Notes under the pieces: model-generated | Database searches by the model: none | What the model was told of the DNA's origin: nothing | The model's input: the letters and a program-made list of their open reading frames with translations, nothing else | Translations under genes and position numbers: made by a program | NCBI GenBank assembly: GCA_014654035.1 | Contig: JACWDQ010000005.1 | Location: forward strand, 2,343-66,342 | DNA length: 64,000 nt | Source of the DNA: Pelagibacterales bacterium SAG-MED19 | Lineage (GTDB): Bacteria > Pseudomonadota > Alphaproteobacteria > Pelagibacterales > Pelagibacteraceae | Direction of reading: 5' to 3' | Part shown: positions 8,495 through 20,556 of the stretch, piece by piece | How positions within the stretch are numbered: the stretch's first letter is position 1 | Layout of the letters: each line of letters opens with the position of its first letter

Positions 8495-9643
8495 ATGACA
8501 AAAAATAACCTAAAAGTGGTTAAATCTACAAAAGACCAAGAATTGGATAATAAAGAAAAAAATAAGGCATTAGAAGCAGCTATTAGCCAAATTACAGATA
8601 ATTTCGGAAAAGGCTCAGTAATGAAGCTAGGCGAAAAAAGAGCTATGGATATAGAGTCTATATCTACAGGTTCTTTAAGTTTGGATTTAGCTTTAGGAAT
8701 AGGTGGATTACCTAAAGGAAGAATTATTGAAGTTTATGGACCAGAGTCTTCTGGAAAAACTACATTAGCATTACAAGTAGTTGCTGAAGCTCAAAAGGCT
8801 GGCGGAATTTGTGCATTTGTAGATGCAGAACATGCTTTAGATCCAGTTTATGCAAAAAAATTAGGAGTGAACACAGAAGAGCTTTTAATTTCACAACCAG
8901 ATGCTGGTGAGCAAGCTCTAGAAATAGCAGATACACTAGTAAAATCAGGGTCTATTTCAGTTATCGTAATTGACTCAGTTGCAGCACTAACTCCAAAAGC
9001 TGAAATTGAAGGTGAAATGGGAGATCATCATGTTGGTCTTCAATCAAGATTAATGAGTCAGGCTTTAAGGAAATTAACTGGCTCAATTTCAAATACAAAC
9101 ACAATGATGATTTTTATTAATCAAATCAGAATGAAAATTGGGGTTATGTTTGGAAGTCCTGAAACAACATCAGGTGGAAACGCACTTAAGTTTTACTCAT
9201 CTGTAAGAATGGATATTAGAAGAATTGGTGCCATCAAAGATAAAGATGAAATTATCGGTAACTCTACAAGAGTGAAAGTAGTTAAAAATAAAGTTGCACC
9301 ACCATTTAAAGTTGTTGAGTTTGATTTAATGTATGGAAAAGGAATTAGCAAAATGGGTGAATTAGTAGACCTAGGAGCTAAAGCCGACATTATTGAAAAA
9401 TCAGGAGCATGGTATGCTTATAAAGGAGAGAAAATAGGACAAGGTAGAGAAAATGCTAAAGTTTATTTAGCTCAAAACCCACAAGTTGCTGCAGAAATTG
9501 AAATGGCAATTAGGGAAAAAGCAGGTGTCATTTCTAAAAAGATTGAGGGAAATCCTTTAAGTCCTGAAAAAATTGAAAAAGAGAAGAAAGTAGCTGAAAA
9601 AGAAGAAGCTGATAAAGAAGCTACTCCTCCTAAAAAGAACTAG
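8495..9643 (+). CDS. recA: Recombinase A
   Basis: [24 protein letters not shown]. Confidence 0.99.
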   Translation: MTKNNLKVVKSTKDQELDNKEKNKALEAAISQITDNFGKGSVMKLGEKRAMDIESISTGSLSLDLALGIGGLPKGRIIEVYGPESSGKTTLALQVVAEAQKAGGICAFVDAEHALDPVYAKKLGVNTEELLISQPDAGEQALEIADTLVKSGSISVIVIDSVAALTPKAEIEGEMGDHHVGLQSRLMSQALRKLTGSISNTNTMMIFINQIRMKIGVMFGSPETTSGGNALKFYSSVRMDIRRIGAIKDKDEIIGNSTRVKVVKNKVAPPFKVVEFDLMYGKGISKMGELVDLGAKADIIEKSGAWYAYKGEKIGQGRENAKVYLAQNPQVAAEIEMAIREKAGVISKKIEGNPLSPEKIEKEKKVAEKEEADKEATPPKKN

Positions 9644-9667
9644 AATTAAAGGTAATCTTTAAATTAT

Positions 9668-9692
9668 CAAAGGCGCTTATTAAGCGCCTTTG
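9668..9692 (+). terminator. Hairpin / probable terminator after recA
   Basis: Perfect inverted repeat CAAAGGCGCTTA-T-TAAGCGCCTTTG; short U tract. Confidence 0.7.
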
Positions 9693-9742
9693 CCCCCTTA
9701 CCGCCATCTAGACATAGAACAAAAAAGCTGTATTTTAAAAAT

Positions 9743-12409
9743 ATGGCTCAAAAATCATTAAATCAGATAAGAGAGACATTCTTAAAATACTTTGAAAAGA
9801 ATGATCATAAAATTGTTGAGTCTAGTAATTTAGTTCCAAACAATGACCCAACGTTGATGTTTGCTAATTCTGGAATGGTTCAATTTAAAAACGTATTTAC
9901 TGGTTTAGAAAAAAGAGATTATCAAAGAGCTACCACTTCACAAAAATGTGTAAGAGCAGGTGGAAAACATAATGATTTAGAAAATGTTGGCTATACTCCA
10001 AGGCACCATACATTTTTTGAAATGTTAGGAAATTTTTCATTTGGAGATTACTTTAAAGAAAAAGCAATACATTATGCTTGGGATTTAATTACAAAAGATT
10101 TTGGTATAGATAAAAAAAGACTTTATGTAACTGTATTCCATGAAGACGATGAAGCATTTAATTTTTGGAAAAAAATAGCAGGTTTAAATGATGATAGAAT
10201 AATCAGAATTTCAACATCTGATAACTTTTGGTCAATGGGTGAAACAGGTCCATGTGGCCCTTGTTCAGAAATTTTTTATGATCATGGGGAACATTTAAAA
10301 GGAGGATTACCAGGCACTAAAAATGAAGATGGGGATCGATTTATTGAAATTTGGAATTTAGTTTTCATGCAGTATGAGCAAGTTTCAAAAGATAAGAGAA
10401 TTGATCTACCTAAACCATCTGTAGATACTGGAATGGGCTTAGAAAGAATAGCAGCATTGCTTCAAGGTACACATGATAATTATGAAACAGATCATTTCAA
10501 AAAGTTAATTCAATCAACATCAGATATTGTTAAAAAAAAATCAGATCAAAATAATCTTTCAAGTTTTAGAGTTATTGCAGATCACTTAAGAGCAAGCTCA
10601 TTTTTAATTGCTGAAGGAGTTTTGCCATCAAATGAAGGGCGAGGGTATGTTCTTAGAAGAATAATGAGAAGAGGCATGAGACACTCTCATTTACTTGGAT
10701 CCAAAGAACCAGTCTTTTATAATTTGTTTGAAACTCTTAAAAATGAAATGTCAGGTAATTATCCAGAATTAAAAAGAGCAGAATCTTTAATAAAAGAAAC
10801 TCTGAGAATGGAAGAAGAAAAATTTTTAGTACTTTTAGATCGAGGGATAAAAATTTTAAATGATGAAATATCCAAAATTGATAAGGTACTTCCTGGAGAT
10901 GTAGCTTTTAAATTATATGATACTTATGGTTTCCCATTAGATCTTACTGAAGATATTTTAAGAAATAAATCTTTATCAATTGATACAAAAAAATTTCAAT
11001 CTTTAATGAAAGAAAGTAGAGAGCTTGCAAAGAAAAATTGGAAAGGTTCTGGAGATGCTGCTATTGAAGATATTTGGTTTGGCATAAAGGATAAATTAGG
11101 TGCTACAGAATTTTTAGGCTATGAGACAGATCAAGCTGAAGGAGTCATCCTTTCTTTACTTAAAGACAATAAAGAAATCAAAGAATTAAAATCGAATGAT
11201 GAAGGAATGGTTATAACAAATCAAACACCTTTTTATGGAGAGTCAGGTGGTCAAGTTGGGGATGCTGGAGAAATTATTTCTGGAGATTTCAAGTTCGAAG
11301 TAACCGATGTTCAGAAAAAACTGGGAGATCTTTTTGTTCATTATGGAAAAGTAATTAGTGGTTCAATCAAATTGAATGAAAATGTTGAAATGAAAATAAA
11401 TGTTAAAAGAAGAAATGATACAAGAGCATATCACTCAGCTACTCATTTATTACATGAATCATTAAGAAGAGTTTTAGGTACACATGTTACACAGAAAGGT
11501 TCATTGGTTGAACCTAGTCGACTAAGATTTGATTTTAGTCATATGAAACCAATTTCAAATGAGGACGTTGAAAAAATAGAAACTTTTGTTAATTCAATGG
11601 TTGCAAAGAAAACAGACGTTAGAACAAGATTAATGACACCTGATGAAGCTGTTGAAAATGGTGCATTAGCATTATTTGGTGAAAAATATGGTGAAGAAGT
11701 GAGAGTTCTTTCAATGGGTGATAATAATGGAAAGTATTTTTCTACAGAATTATGTGGAGGGACTCATGTTAAAAATACTGGAGATATAGGTAAATTTAAA
11801 ATAGTTAGTCAATCTTCGATTGCAGCGGGTGTAAGAAGGATAGAGGCTTTAAGAGACAAACAATTAGATGATTTTTTAAAAAATAAAGAAAAATTATCAA
11901 ATCTATCTTTAGAAAAAAATGATGAAGTGATTAAAGATTTATCTAAACAGATAATTGATTTGGGAGGCAAACCAACTTTAGATCAATCAGATAAAAAAAT
12001 GTTGATTAAAAATTTGAATAAACAGCTTGATACTTTATTAGTTAAATCAATTCTTAATGATAAAACAAAAAATGAGATAAGCGATATAGAAATAAAAGGA
12101 ATAAAAATAAGATTTCAAAACGTTGAAGGTCTTCCACCAAAAGAATTAAGAAAATTAGTTGATGATGGTAAAAAAGAGTTAGGTGAAGGAATAGCAGTTG
12201 TTTTTGCAAGTAAAGATGACAAGGTAGGAGTTGCTGTTGGTGTAACCAGTAAATTAACTACAAAATATGATGCAGTAGAGTTTGTAAAAATAAGTTCTGA
12301 AATTATCGGTGGTCAAGGTGGAGGAGGTAGAAAAGACTTTGCCCAAGCTGGCGGTCAAGATCAGAGTAAAATAAATGAAGCTTTCGAAAAAATAAAGTCT
12401 TTAATTTAA
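9743..12409 (+). CDS. alaS: Alanine--tRNA ligase
   Basis: [47 protein letters not shown]. Confidence 0.99.
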   Translation: MAQKSLNQIRETFLKYFEKNDHKIVESSNLVPNNDPTLMFANSGMVQFKNVFTGLEKRDYQRATTSQKCVRAGGKHNDLENVGYTPRHHTFFEMLGNFSFGDYFKEKAIHYAWDLITKDFGIDKKRLYVTVFHEDDEAFNFWKKIAGLNDDRIIRISTSDNFWSMGETGPCGPCSEIFYDHGEHLKGGLPGTKNEDGDRFIEIWNLVFMQYEQVSKDKRIDLPKPSVDTGMGLERIAALLQGTHDNYETDHFKKLIQSTSDIVKKKSDQNNLSSFRVIADHLRASSFLIAEGVLPSNEGRGYVLRRIMRRGMRHSHLLGSKEPVFYNLFETLKNEMSGNYPELKRAESLIKETLRMEEEKFLVLLDRGIKILNDEISKIDKVLPGDVAFKLYDTYGFPLDLTEDILRNKSLSIDTKKFQSLMKESRELAKKNWKGSGDAAIEDIWFGIKDKLGATEFLGYETDQAEGVILSLLKDNKEIKELKSNDEGMVITNQTPFYGESGGQVGDAGEIISGDFKFEVTDVQKKLGDLFVHYGKVISGSIKLNENVEMKINVKRRNDTRAYHSATHLLHESLRRVLGTHVTQKGSLVEPSRLRFDFSHMKPISNEDVEKIETFVNSMVAKKTDVRTRLMTPDEAVENGALALFGEKYGEEVRVLSMGDNNGKYFSTELCGGTHVKNTGDIGKFKIVSQSSIAAGVRRIEALRDKQLDDFLKNKEKLSNLSLEKNDEVIKDLSKQIIDLGGKPTLDQSDKKMLIKNLNKQLDTLLVKSILNDKTKNEISDIEIKGIKIRFQNVEGLPPKELRKLVDDGKKELGEGIAVVFASKDDKVGVAVGVTSKLTTKYDAVEFVKISSEIIGGQGGGGRKDFAQAGGQDQSKINEAFEKIKSLI

Positions 12410-13615
12410 TTTTTTATTTAGATTTTTATCTATTACATCTAAAAACTGATTGGTAGTCAGGTATTTACTTGAAGGTCCAATTAATATTGCAAGATCTTTT
12501 GTCATAGATCCTGACTCAACACATTCAATACAAACTTTCTCGATTGTGTTAGCAAATTTAATAAGCTCTTCGTTTCCATCCAATTTGCCTCTATGAGCTA
12601 AACCTCTTGTCCATGCAAATATTGATGCTATAGGATTTGTAGATGTTTCTTTACCTTCCTGATGCATTCTATAGTGTCTGGTTACAGTTCCATGAGCAGC
12701 TTCTGCTTCCATTATCTTTCCATCAGGAGTTAATAATGTACTAGTCATTAAACCTAATGAGCCATAACCTTGTGCCATTGTATCGGATTGAACATCACCA
12801 TCATAATTTTTACATGCCCAAATATATTTTCCACTCCATTTCATTGCACATGCAACCATGTCATCAATTAATCTGTGTTCATAAGTAATTTTAGCATCTT
12901 CAAATTTTTTCTTAAACTCATTATTGAAAACTTCTTCAAAAATATCTTTAAATCTTCCATCATACTTTTTAAGGATTGTATTTTTAGTTGATAGATAGAC
13001 TGGCCACTTTTTAATTAATCCATAACTAAAACAAGATCTTGCAAAGTCCTCAATTGACTTATCTAAATTGTACATGGAAAGAGCAACTCCTGGACCTGTA
13101 AAATTAAAAACCTCGTATTTAATTTCATCTTTTCCATCTTCAGAAGTCCATTTTACCTCCATTTTTCCTTTTCCAGGTACTTTAAAATCAGTTGCTCGGT
13201 ATTGATCTCCAAATGCATGCCTTCCAATTACTACAGGATCAGACCAAGAAGGAACTAGTTTTGGGATATTAGAACATATTATTGGTTCTCTAAAAACTGT
13301 TCCACCAATAATATTCCTAATAGTTCCGTTAGGAGATCTCCACATTTTTTTTAAATTAAATTCTTCTACACGTGCTTCATCGGGAGTAATAGTTGCACAT
13401 TTAATACCTACACCAATTTTCTTTATTGCATTTGCAGAGTCGACTGTTATCTGGTCGTCAGTGTTATCTCTACTTTTCATGCCTAAATCGTAGTATTCAA
13501 TACCAAGATCTAAATATGGAAGGATTAATTTATTTTTTATGAATTCCCAGATTATTCTGGTCATTTCATCGCCATCTAACTCTACAATAGGGTTTTTTAC
13601 GCTAATTTTACTCAC
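12401..13615 (-). CDS. icd: NADP-dependent isocitrate dehydrogenase
   Basis: [34 protein letters not shown]. Confidence 0.98.
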   Translation of the reverse strand: MSKISVKNPIVELDGDEMTRIIWEFIKNKLILPYLDLGIEYYDLGMKSRDNTDDQITVDSANAIKKIGVGIKCATITPDEARVEEFNLKKMWRSPNGTIRNIIGGTVFREPIICSNIPKLVPSWSDPVVIGRHAFGDQYRATDFKVPGKGKMEVKWTSEDGKDEIKYEVFNFTGPGVALSMYNLDKSIEDFARSCFSYGLIKKWPVYLSTKNTILKKYDGRFKDIFEEVFNNEFKKKFEDAKITYEHRLIDDMVACAMKWSGKYIWACKNYDGDVQSDTMAQGYGSLGLMTSTLLTPDGKIMEAEAAHGTVTRHYRMHQEGKETSTNPIASIFAWTRGLAHRGKLDGNEELIKFANTIEKVCIECVESGSMTKDLAILIGPSSKYLTTNQFLDVIDKNLNKKLN

Positions 13616-13690
13616 TTATATATTTTATCTTATTAATTGAATTTCGCGATTTTATATACATATTAATTAAAAATTATCAAATAGAAGAAT

Positions 13691-14338
13691 ATGTTTACTA
13701 AGATATTTCCAAAAATTCACGCTGAAGGATATAAGTTTTTAGTTATAGCCGGTATAATAACAATTGTTCTTTACAGTTTAAGTGATTTTTTAGGTTTAAT
13801 AGGTTTAGTAGTTAGTATTTGGGTTTATTATTTTTTTAGAGACCCTGAAAGAATTATCATTGAGGATGATAATTATCTTGTAAGTCCAGCAGATGGAGAG
13901 GTAATTAAAGTTGAGGAAGTTGATGGACCAAAAGAATTAGGTTTAGAAAAAAAGAAATTTAAAAAAATTAGTATCTTTATGAATATTTTTGACTGTCACG
14001 TCAATAGAACTCCTTGTAGTGGAATTATTGAGGAAATTTTATACAAACCAGGAAAATTTTTTAATGCATCTCTTGATAAAGCAAGTGAAGATAATGAGAG
14101 AAATTATTTTAAGATTAAGGACCCTCAGCAAAACGATATAATTGTAGTTCAGATTGCTGGACTTGTTGCTCGTAGAATTGTTTGTGAGTCTAATAAAGAT
14201 CAAGAGCTTAAACAGGGCGACAGAATTGGAATGATTAGATTTGGTAGTAGAGCTGATGTATATTATGAAAATTATGAACCTTTAGTTAAAATTGGTCAGA
14301 GAGCGATTTCTGGTGAAACATTGTTAGCTAAAAGATAA
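13691..14338 (+). CDS. psd: Phosphatidylserine decarboxylase
   Basis: FFRDPER, SPADG, HVNR, FGSR self-cleavage motif. Confidence 0.95.
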   Translation: MFTKIFPKIHAEGYKFLVIAGIITIVLYSLSDFLGLIGLVVSIWVYYFFRDPERIIIEDDNYLVSPADGEVIKVEEVDGPKELGLEKKKFKKISIFMNIFDCHVNRTPCSGIIEEILYKPGKFFNASLDKASEDNERNYFKIKDPQQNDIIVVQIAGLVARRIVCESNKDQELKQGDRIGMIRFGSRADVYYENYEPLVKIGQRAISGETLLAKR

Positions 14339-14339
14339 A

Positions 14340-15143
14340 ATGGAACAAAAAAAAAATAATTTTAAAATTGTATCAGATAAAAAAGCTAGAATAATTTTAC
14401 CAAATGCAATTACTCTAATTGGTGTTTGTATAGGCTTAACGTCAATCAAATTTGCTATAGATGGAAAATTTGCAATAGCTATTATTGCAGTATTATTTGC
14501 AGGGTTGATGGATGCTTTAGATGGACGTATTGCCAGATTAATCAAAGGAACTTCTAAAATGGGTAAAGAATTGGACTCATTAGGAGATGTAATTAGTTTT
14601 GGTGTTGCACCAGCGCTAATAATGTACTTTTGGAATTTACAATATTTAGAAAAATTAGGGTGGTTTGTTTGTTTGACATACGTAGTTTGTGTTGCTTTAA
14701 GGCTTGCGAGGTTTAATGTTAATTCTGAAGAAGAACCATCTTGGAAAGACAATTTTTTCGAAGGAATGCCATCGCCAGCAGGAGGAATAATTGTTCTTTT
14801 ACCATTAATTTTTAGTTTTAGTGAACTGGGAAATTTTTTACCTGAAGTTAATTATGACTTACTAGTACCTGTAATTTTTATCGGAGTTTCAATATTATTG
14901 ATAAGCACAATACCAACTTATTCGTTTAAAAAAATTGTTATACAAAGATCTTTGACTAAATTTTTATTATTTGGAATAGTTTTATTTTTTGGTGCATTAT
15001 TAGTTTATACCTTTAAAGTTTTAGCAATAAGTTCTGCTATTTATCTTTGTTTAATACCAATAAGTTATTTTCATTACAAAAAAATAAAAAAAGAAAAAAA
15101 TATTACCTCAGATAAAGATGAAGGACTAGAGGATATATTATAG
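14340..15143 (+). CDS. pssA: CDP-diacylglycerol--serine O-phosphatidyltransferase
   Basis: DALDGRIAR...G.ELDSLGD, RLARFN; follows psd. Confidence 0.93.
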   Translation: MEQKKNNFKIVSDKKARIILPNAITLIGVCIGLTSIKFAIDGKFAIAIIAVLFAGLMDALDGRIARLIKGTSKMGKELDSLGDVISFGVAPALIMYFWNLQYLEKLGWFVCLTYVVCVALRLARFNVNSEEEPSWKDNFFEGMPSPAGGIIVLLPLIFSFSELGNFLPEVNYDLLVPVIFIGVSILLISTIPTYSFKKIVIQRSLTKFLLFGIVLFFGALLVYTFKVLAISSAIYLCLIPISYFHYKKIKKEKNITSDKDEGLEDIL

Positions 15144-16052
15144 ATGAAAAAAAATGTAATTGTTTCTTTGGCTGATTCAAATTATTTTCCGTTATTAGAT
15201 GAGTTAGTAAATTCTATTAAAAGATTTAAAGAAAGCGAAGACGTTGCAATTTGCATATTAGATGCAGGACTAACTCAAGAACAAAAAGAAACTCTTTTAA
15301 ATAAAGTAGATGAAATCAAATCTGCTGAATGGGATATTGAGGTACCAGGCCACAAGATAAAAGGTAAGGAATGGTTAAAAAGTCAAGTGTCTAGAGCTTT
15401 CTTACCAAAATATTTTCCAAACTATGAAAAATTCTTATGGATAGATTGTGATGCTTGGGTAAATGATTGGAATTGTGTGGAGCTATATTTTCAAGCTTGT
15501 AATAACGGAAAATTAGGAATTACTCAAACAATAGGTCCAGGATATAAAATAACTTCAAAAGTTAATTGGTTATTTGGAAAGCTTGCAATTATTAAATCCC
15601 AAAACTTTAAACATGCTGTTAAGTCCAAAATTGGGTACAATAATGCTAGAAAATTGGCTTTTGCACCGCATATTAATATTGGAGTTTTTTCACTAGAAAA
15701 AAATTCTAAAGGCTGGGATGTTTGGCAAAATAATTTATCAAAAACTTTAAAAGCTGGAAATATTTTTGGCTCTGAAGGATTGGCAATTAATATGTCAGTA
15801 TATATTGATGATTTAGATACAGAATTTTTGCCTTTAAATTGTAATTGGATTACAAGTAATTTATTACCTAAATACGATGAACAACAAAAAACATTTGTAG
15901 AGCCATATTTACCAAATTACAAAATAGGAATTATTCATCTTGCAGCTGGAATTTGGAGAGAAGGCAAAGATATGAGAGTGGATAAAAGTATTAAAATTGA
16001 AATTGAAACTTTAAATGATAAAAAAATAGTTAAAAGTTTAAGATTTAGTTGA
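15144..16052 (+). CDS. GT-A fold glycosyltransferase, GT8-like
   Basis: LWIDCD (DxD), INIGVF, IIHLA. Confidence 0.7.
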   Translation: MKKNVIVSLADSNYFPLLDELVNSIKRFKESEDVAICILDAGLTQEQKETLLNKVDEIKSAEWDIEVPGHKIKGKEWLKSQVSRAFLPKYFPNYEKFLWIDCDAWVNDWNCVELYFQACNNGKLGITQTIGPGYKITSKVNWLFGKLAIIKSQNFKHAVKSKIGYNNARKLAFAPHINIGVFSLEKNSKGWDVWQNNLSKTLKAGNIFGSEGLAINMSVYIDDLDTEFLPLNCNWITSNLLPKYDEQQKTFVEPYLPNYKIGIIHLAAGIWREGKDMRVDKSIKIEIETLNDKKIVKSLRFS

Positions 16053-16055
16053 TAA

Positions 16056-16667
16056 TTGAAAAAAAATAAAATTTCAAAAAATTGGGTTAATAAACAAAGA
16101 AGAGACACCTACGTACGTCAATCTAAAGTAGATGGATATAGAGCCAGGTCAGCATATAAACTAATTGAAATTGATGAGAAGTTTAAGATTTTTAAAGGAG
16201 GCATGAATGTTATAGATATTGGAGCAGCTCCTGGTAGCTGGTCGCAATACGTTTCTAAAAAAGTGAAAAATGGTAAAATAATTTCAATTGACTTAAAAGA
16301 AATGGAAAAAATTAAAAATACAATTCAAATTAAAGGAGATTTTACTAGAGAAGAAACTCAAAATCTGATCAAAAAATATCTTAAAAAAAGATCTGATGTA
16401 GTTATGTCTGATATGGCTGTAAATACTACAGGAATTAAAAATATAGACTCTATCCAAACAGGAGAATTGTGCAAAGAAGCTATGATTTTTTCAAAAGAAG
16501 TTATTTCAGACAAAGGTTTTTTTGTTTCAAAAATATTTATGGGAGGTACATTTAATGAAATTGTCGCACTAGCAAAAAAAACTTTTAAGGAAGTTAAGGT
16601 TTTTAAACCTAAATCAAGTCGTAAAGATTCTAAGGAAAGTTTTATAATTTGTAAAAATTTGAGATAG
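16056..16667 (+). CDS. rlmE: 23S rRNA Um2552 methyltransferase RlmE/FtsJ
   Basis: YRARSAYKL, DIGAAPGSWSQ, SDMA, KPKSSR..S.E. Confidence 0.95.
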   Translation: MKKNKISKNWVNKQRRDTYVRQSKVDGYRARSAYKLIEIDEKFKIFKGGMNVIDIGAAPGSWSQYVSKKVKNGKIISIDLKEMEKIKNTIQIKGDFTREETQNLIKKYLKKRSDVVMSDMAVNTTGIKNIDSIQTGELCKEAMIFSKEVISDKGFFVSKIFMGGTFNEIVALAKKTFKEVKVFKPKSSRKDSKESFIICKNLR

Positions 16668-16698
16668 GCTCTTTAAATTTAAAAGGAATCATATATAA

Positions 16699-17781
16699 AT
16701 GATTATGGTTCCTATAAAAGAAGCACTCACCTTTGATGACGTTACATTGGCTCCCAAGTACTCAGAAATATTACCAGCTGATGTTGATACCAGCATTAAG
16801 TTAACAGAAAAATTAAAACTAAAAATACCACTTTTATCTTCTGCAATGGATACAGTTACTGAAAGCAAAATGGCTATTGCTATAGCAAAAGCAGGAGGGT
16901 TAGGAGTAATTCACAGAAATCTTGATATAAAAAAACAAGTTCTTGAAATAAAAAAAGTGAAAAAGTTAAAATTATTAGTTGGAGCTGCTGTTGGTGCAGG
17001 ACCCCAAGAATTTAAAAGAGCTGAAGCTGTTTTAAAAGAAAATATAGATATGATAGTAGTGGATACTGCACATGGGCACACTAAAAAAGTTTCTGAGATT
17101 ATCAAATTTATAAAAAAGAAAAAAAATAAAAGAACATCTTTATGCGCGGGAAATATTGCAACACCAGAAGCGGCTAAATTTTTGTTAAAGCTAGGTGTAG
17201 ATATAATTAAAGTTGGCATTGGACCAGGATCAATCTGTACTACTAGGTTGGTTGCTGGAATAGGTGTTCCTCAATTAAGTGCAATTTTAAGTGTTAGAAA
17301 TGGAATTAAAAATAGAAATGTTAAAATTATTTCAGATGGTGGGATAAAATATTCTGGAGATTTAGCGAAAGCTTTTGCAGCAGGAGCAGATGCTGTCATG
17401 ATAGGCTCATTATTCGCTGGAACAGATGAAGCCCCAGGTAAACTAATAAAAAAAAACGGAAAATTGTTTAAAAGCTTTAGAGGCATGGGTTCCGTTGGTG
17501 CAATGAACAAAGGGTCAGCAGATCGATATTTTCAGTCTAAACAAAAAGATGTATCAAAATATGTTCCAGAAGGTGTAGAGGGGCTAGCGAAATATAAAGG
17601 TAAAGTTGAAAGAGTGATTTATAAATTAGTTGGTGGATTAAGATCTTCAATGGGCTATCTTGGTTCAAAACAAATAAAATACTTAAGAAATAAACCACAA
17701 TTTGTTAAAATTACAAAAGCAGGATTTTATGAAAGTATGGTTCATAATGTTGACGTAGTAAAAAACGATAGCAAATATTAA
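16699..17781 (+). CDS. guaB: IMP dehydrogenase lacking the CBS (Bateman) domain
   Basis: [32 protein letters not shown]; only 360 aa. Confidence 0.95.
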   Translation: MIMVPIKEALTFDDVTLAPKYSEILPADVDTSIKLTEKLKLKIPLLSSAMDTVTESKMAIAIAKAGGLGVIHRNLDIKKQVLEIKKVKKLKLLVGAAVGAGPQEFKRAEAVLKENIDMIVVDTAHGHTKKVSEIIKFIKKKKNKRTSLCAGNIATPEAAKFLLKLGVDIIKVGIGPGSICTTRLVAGIGVPQLSAILSVRNGIKNRNVKIISDGGIKYSGDLAKAFAAGADAVMIGSLFAGTDEAPGKLIKKNGKLFKSFRGMGSVGAMNKGSADRYFQSKQKDVSKYVPEGVEGLAKYKGKVERVIYKLVGGLRSSMGYLGSKQIKYLRNKPQFVKITKAGFYESMVHNVDVVKNDSKY

Positions 17782-18221
17782 TGAAAAAAATTATTAAACT
17801 TACATTATTGATTTATTTACCAATCAATATTTTAAATTATTCATTTGGAAATGAGAATTTTTTTAATAAAGGTTTAAAATTGTATAATGAGAAAAAATAT
17901 GAAGACGCACGGTTTATGTTTGAAAGAAGTTTAGTATTTAACCCAAAAGACTCAAATTCTTATTTATATTTAGCGAAGATTTATAATATTGAGGAAGATC
18001 AGAATAAGGAAGAAAAAAACTTAGAGGCAACTTTGTTAATAGAGCCAAATAATGAAGAGGCAATATTAATGACCATGAAAATAGCTTTAGAAAAATCTAA
18101 TTATTCAAAAGTAAAAGATTTATCAAAAACTTTTAATGAGGTTTGTAAAAAATTATGCGATGAAAATAAAAGTATATTAGAGACTCTATCAAACATAGAA
18201 CCAAAAAATAATGAGTCTTGA
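17781..18221 (+). CDS. TPR-repeat protein with N-terminal signal/anchor
   Basis: TPR-like helices ([29 protein letters not shown]). Confidence 0.7.
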   Translation: MKKIIKLTLLIYLPINILNYSFGNENFFNKGLKLYNEKKYEDARFMFERSLVFNPKDSNSYLYLAKIYNIEEDQNKEEKNLEATLLIEPNNEEAILMTMKIALEKSNYSKVKDLSKTFNEVCKKLCDENKSILETLSNIEPKNNES

Positions 18222-19773
18222 TAAAAGTTTAGAAAAAATCTTAATCATTGATTTTGGTTCACAATTCACTCAACTAATTGCGAGAAGAATAAGAGAAATA
18301 GGGATTTTCTCTGAAATAGTGAGTCATAAAAAGATTAAGAATAAAGATATCATAAATTCAGTGAAAGGAATAATTTTGTCTGGCGGGCCTTTAAATGTTT
18401 ATGAAATTAACAAATATTCTTTTGATAAAAAAATTATAGAAAGTGAAATACCAGTTTTAGGTATTTGTTTTGGACATCAAATTCTCTCAAAATTAAATGG
18501 TGGCAAAGTAAAACAATCAAAACACAGAGAATTTGGTTTAGCAAATATTTATAAAAAAAAAGACAGCCTTCTTACTAAAAATTTCTTTTCAAGAAAGAAT
18601 ACGGTTAAAGTTTGGATGAGTCATGCTGATCAAGTTTCAAAATTACCAAAAAATTTTAGCGTAATAGCTTCTAGTCAAAATTCAAAATTTGCTATAGTTG
18701 AAAATAAACTTAAAAAATTTTATGGAGTTCAATTTCATCCTGAAGTGACACACACCGAAAATGGAAAAAAATTAATAAGTAATTTTATTTTTGAAATATG
18801 CAAAATAAAGAAAAACTGGTCTTCCAAAGATCAAAAGATTAAACTAATTAAAGAAGTTAGAAATCAAGTAAGTGGTAATAAAGTTATTTGTGCTTTATCA
18901 GGTGGGGTTGACAGCAGTGTAGTGGCTCAACTATTAAATAAAGCTATTGGAAAAAATTTATACTGTATTTTTGTTAATACAGGACTTTTGCGAAAAAACG
19001 AAGAAAAACAAGTTGTATCGACATTTAAAAAAAAATTAAGGATGAATTTAATCTATGTTAATGCAGAAAAAGAATTTATTAAAAAATTAAAGAATATTTC
19101 TGATCCAGAAAAAAAGAGGAAGATAATAGGTAACTTATTTATAAAAATTTTTGAGCGTTATGCAAAAAAAATAAAGAACGTTAAATTCTTAGCTCAGGGA
19201 ACACTTTACCCAGACCTCATTGAAAGTAAATCTGTTACTGGTAGTCAAACATCAAAAATTAAATCCCATCATAATGTTGGTGGTTTACCAAAAAAAATGA
19301 AGCTAAAATTAGTAGAGCCACTTAAGTTTCTTTTTAAAGATGAAGTAAGAAAATTAGGTCTTGAATTGAACTTAAGTAAAGAAATTATTTCTCGACATCC
19401 TTTTCCAGGACCAGGTTTAGCTATTAGGATGCCAGGTATAATTACAAAAGAAAAAATAAACATTCTTAAAGAGGCAGATCATTATTTTATCCAAGCTTTG
19501 AGAGATCACAATTTATATCATAAAATTTGGCAAGCATATGCTGCACTACTTCCTGTAAAAACTGTTGGAGTCATGGGTGACAATCGTACATATGAATATT
19601 TATGTTTGTTAAGGGCAATAACATCTGAGGATGGTATGACTGCAGATTTTTATGAATTTAAAAAATCATTTATTCAAGAAATTTCAAATAAAATTGTTAA
19701 TAGCATTAGAGGAATTAATAGAGTAGTTTACGATGTTACGTCAAAACCTCCTAGTACTATAGAGTTAGAGTAA
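18211..19773 (+). CDS. guaA: GMP synthase (glutamine-hydrolysing)
   Basis: [39 protein letters not shown]. Confidence 0.98.
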   Translation: MSLDKSLEKILIIDFGSQFTQLIARRIREIGIFSEIVSHKKIKNKDIINSVKGIILSGGPLNVYEINKYSFDKKIIESEIPVLGICFGHQILSKLNGGKVKQSKHREFGLANIYKKKDSLLTKNFFSRKNTVKVWMSHADQVSKLPKNFSVIASSQNSKFAIVENKLKKFYGVQFHPEVTHTENGKKLISNFIFEICKIKKNWSSKDQKIKLIKEVRNQVSGNKVICALSGGVDSSVVAQLLNKAIGKNLYCIFVNTGLLRKNEEKQVVSTFKKKLRMNLIYVNAEKEFIKKLKNISDPEKKRKIIGNLFIKIFERYAKKIKNVKFLAQGTLYPDLIESKSVTGSQTSKIKSHHNVGGLPKKMKLKLVEPLKFLFKDEVRKLGLELNLSKEIISRHPFPGPGLAIRMPGIITKEKINILKEADHYFIQALRDHNLYHKIWQAYAALLPVKTVGVMGDNRTYEYLCLLRAITSEDGMTADFYEFKKSFIQEISNKIVNSIRGINRVVYDVTSKPPSTIELE

Positions 19774-20555
19774 TGAACAAAAAAATAAAAAGAATTCTTG
19801 ATAAAAAAAACAAATCTAAAATTATTTGTTTAACAGCCTATTCAAAAAATATTGCAGCAATTTTGGACAAACATTGTGATCTTATTTTAGTTGGAGACTC
19901 GTTAGGTTCTGTTCTTTATGATTTTAAATCTACTAAAGAGGTAAGTTTAGATACAATGATCAATCACTCAAAAAGTGTAAGATTTGGTGTGAAAAGATCT
20001 TTAATGGTAGTTGATATGCCTTACAATACATATCGTAATAATAAGGAAGCTTTAAGAAATGCTAAATTAGTAATGAAAAAAACCAAATGTGATGCTGTAA
20101 AACTTGAGGGAGGTAAAAAAATAATTTCAATAGTTAGGACTTTAATTAAAAACAAGATACCAGTTATGGGGCATTTAGGTATTTTACCACAAACTGAAAA
20201 AAAGTTTTTTTTTAAGGGCAAAAAAATATTTGAAATAAATAAATTATTAAAAGATTCAAAATTATTAGAAAAAGCTGGAATATTTTCGATTGTATTAGAG
20301 TGCGTTGAAACAAAATTAGCAAAAAAAATTACCGAACAATTGAAAATTCCAACAATAGGTATTGGCTCATCAGCTTATTGTGATGGCCAAGTATTAGTAA
20401 CTGATGACTTAATTGGTTTAGGTAAAAGTAAATTTAGATTTGTAAAGAAATATGCAAATATTAATCAAATAATTAATTCAGCAGTTAAAAAATATAAGGT
20501 TGAGGTTTTAAAAAAAAAATTTCCTAAATCTAAACACTCTTTTGTTACAAGATAA
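19773..20555 (+). CDS. panB: 3-methyl-2-oxobutanoate hydroxymethyltransferase
   Basis: LVGDSLG, VVDMP, VKLEGG, PTIGIG, DGQVLV. Confidence 0.93.
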   Translation: MNKKIKRILDKKNKSKIICLTAYSKNIAAILDKHCDLILVGDSLGSVLYDFKSTKEVSLDTMINHSKSVRFGVKRSLMVVDMPYNTYRNNKEALRNAKLVMKKTKCDAVKLEGGKKIISIVRTLIKNKIPVMGHLGILPQTEKKFFFKGKKIFEINKLLKDSKLLEKAGIFSIVLECVETKLAKKITEQLKIPTIGIGSSAYCDGQVLVTDDLIGLGKSKFRFVKKYANINQIINSAVKKYKVEVLKKKFPKSKHSFVTR

Positions 20556-20556
20556 G

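Noticed and set aside
9717-9731. LexA box upstream of alaS (GAAC-AAAAAAG-CTGT)
   Set aside because: Second half-site does not match GAAC/GTAC
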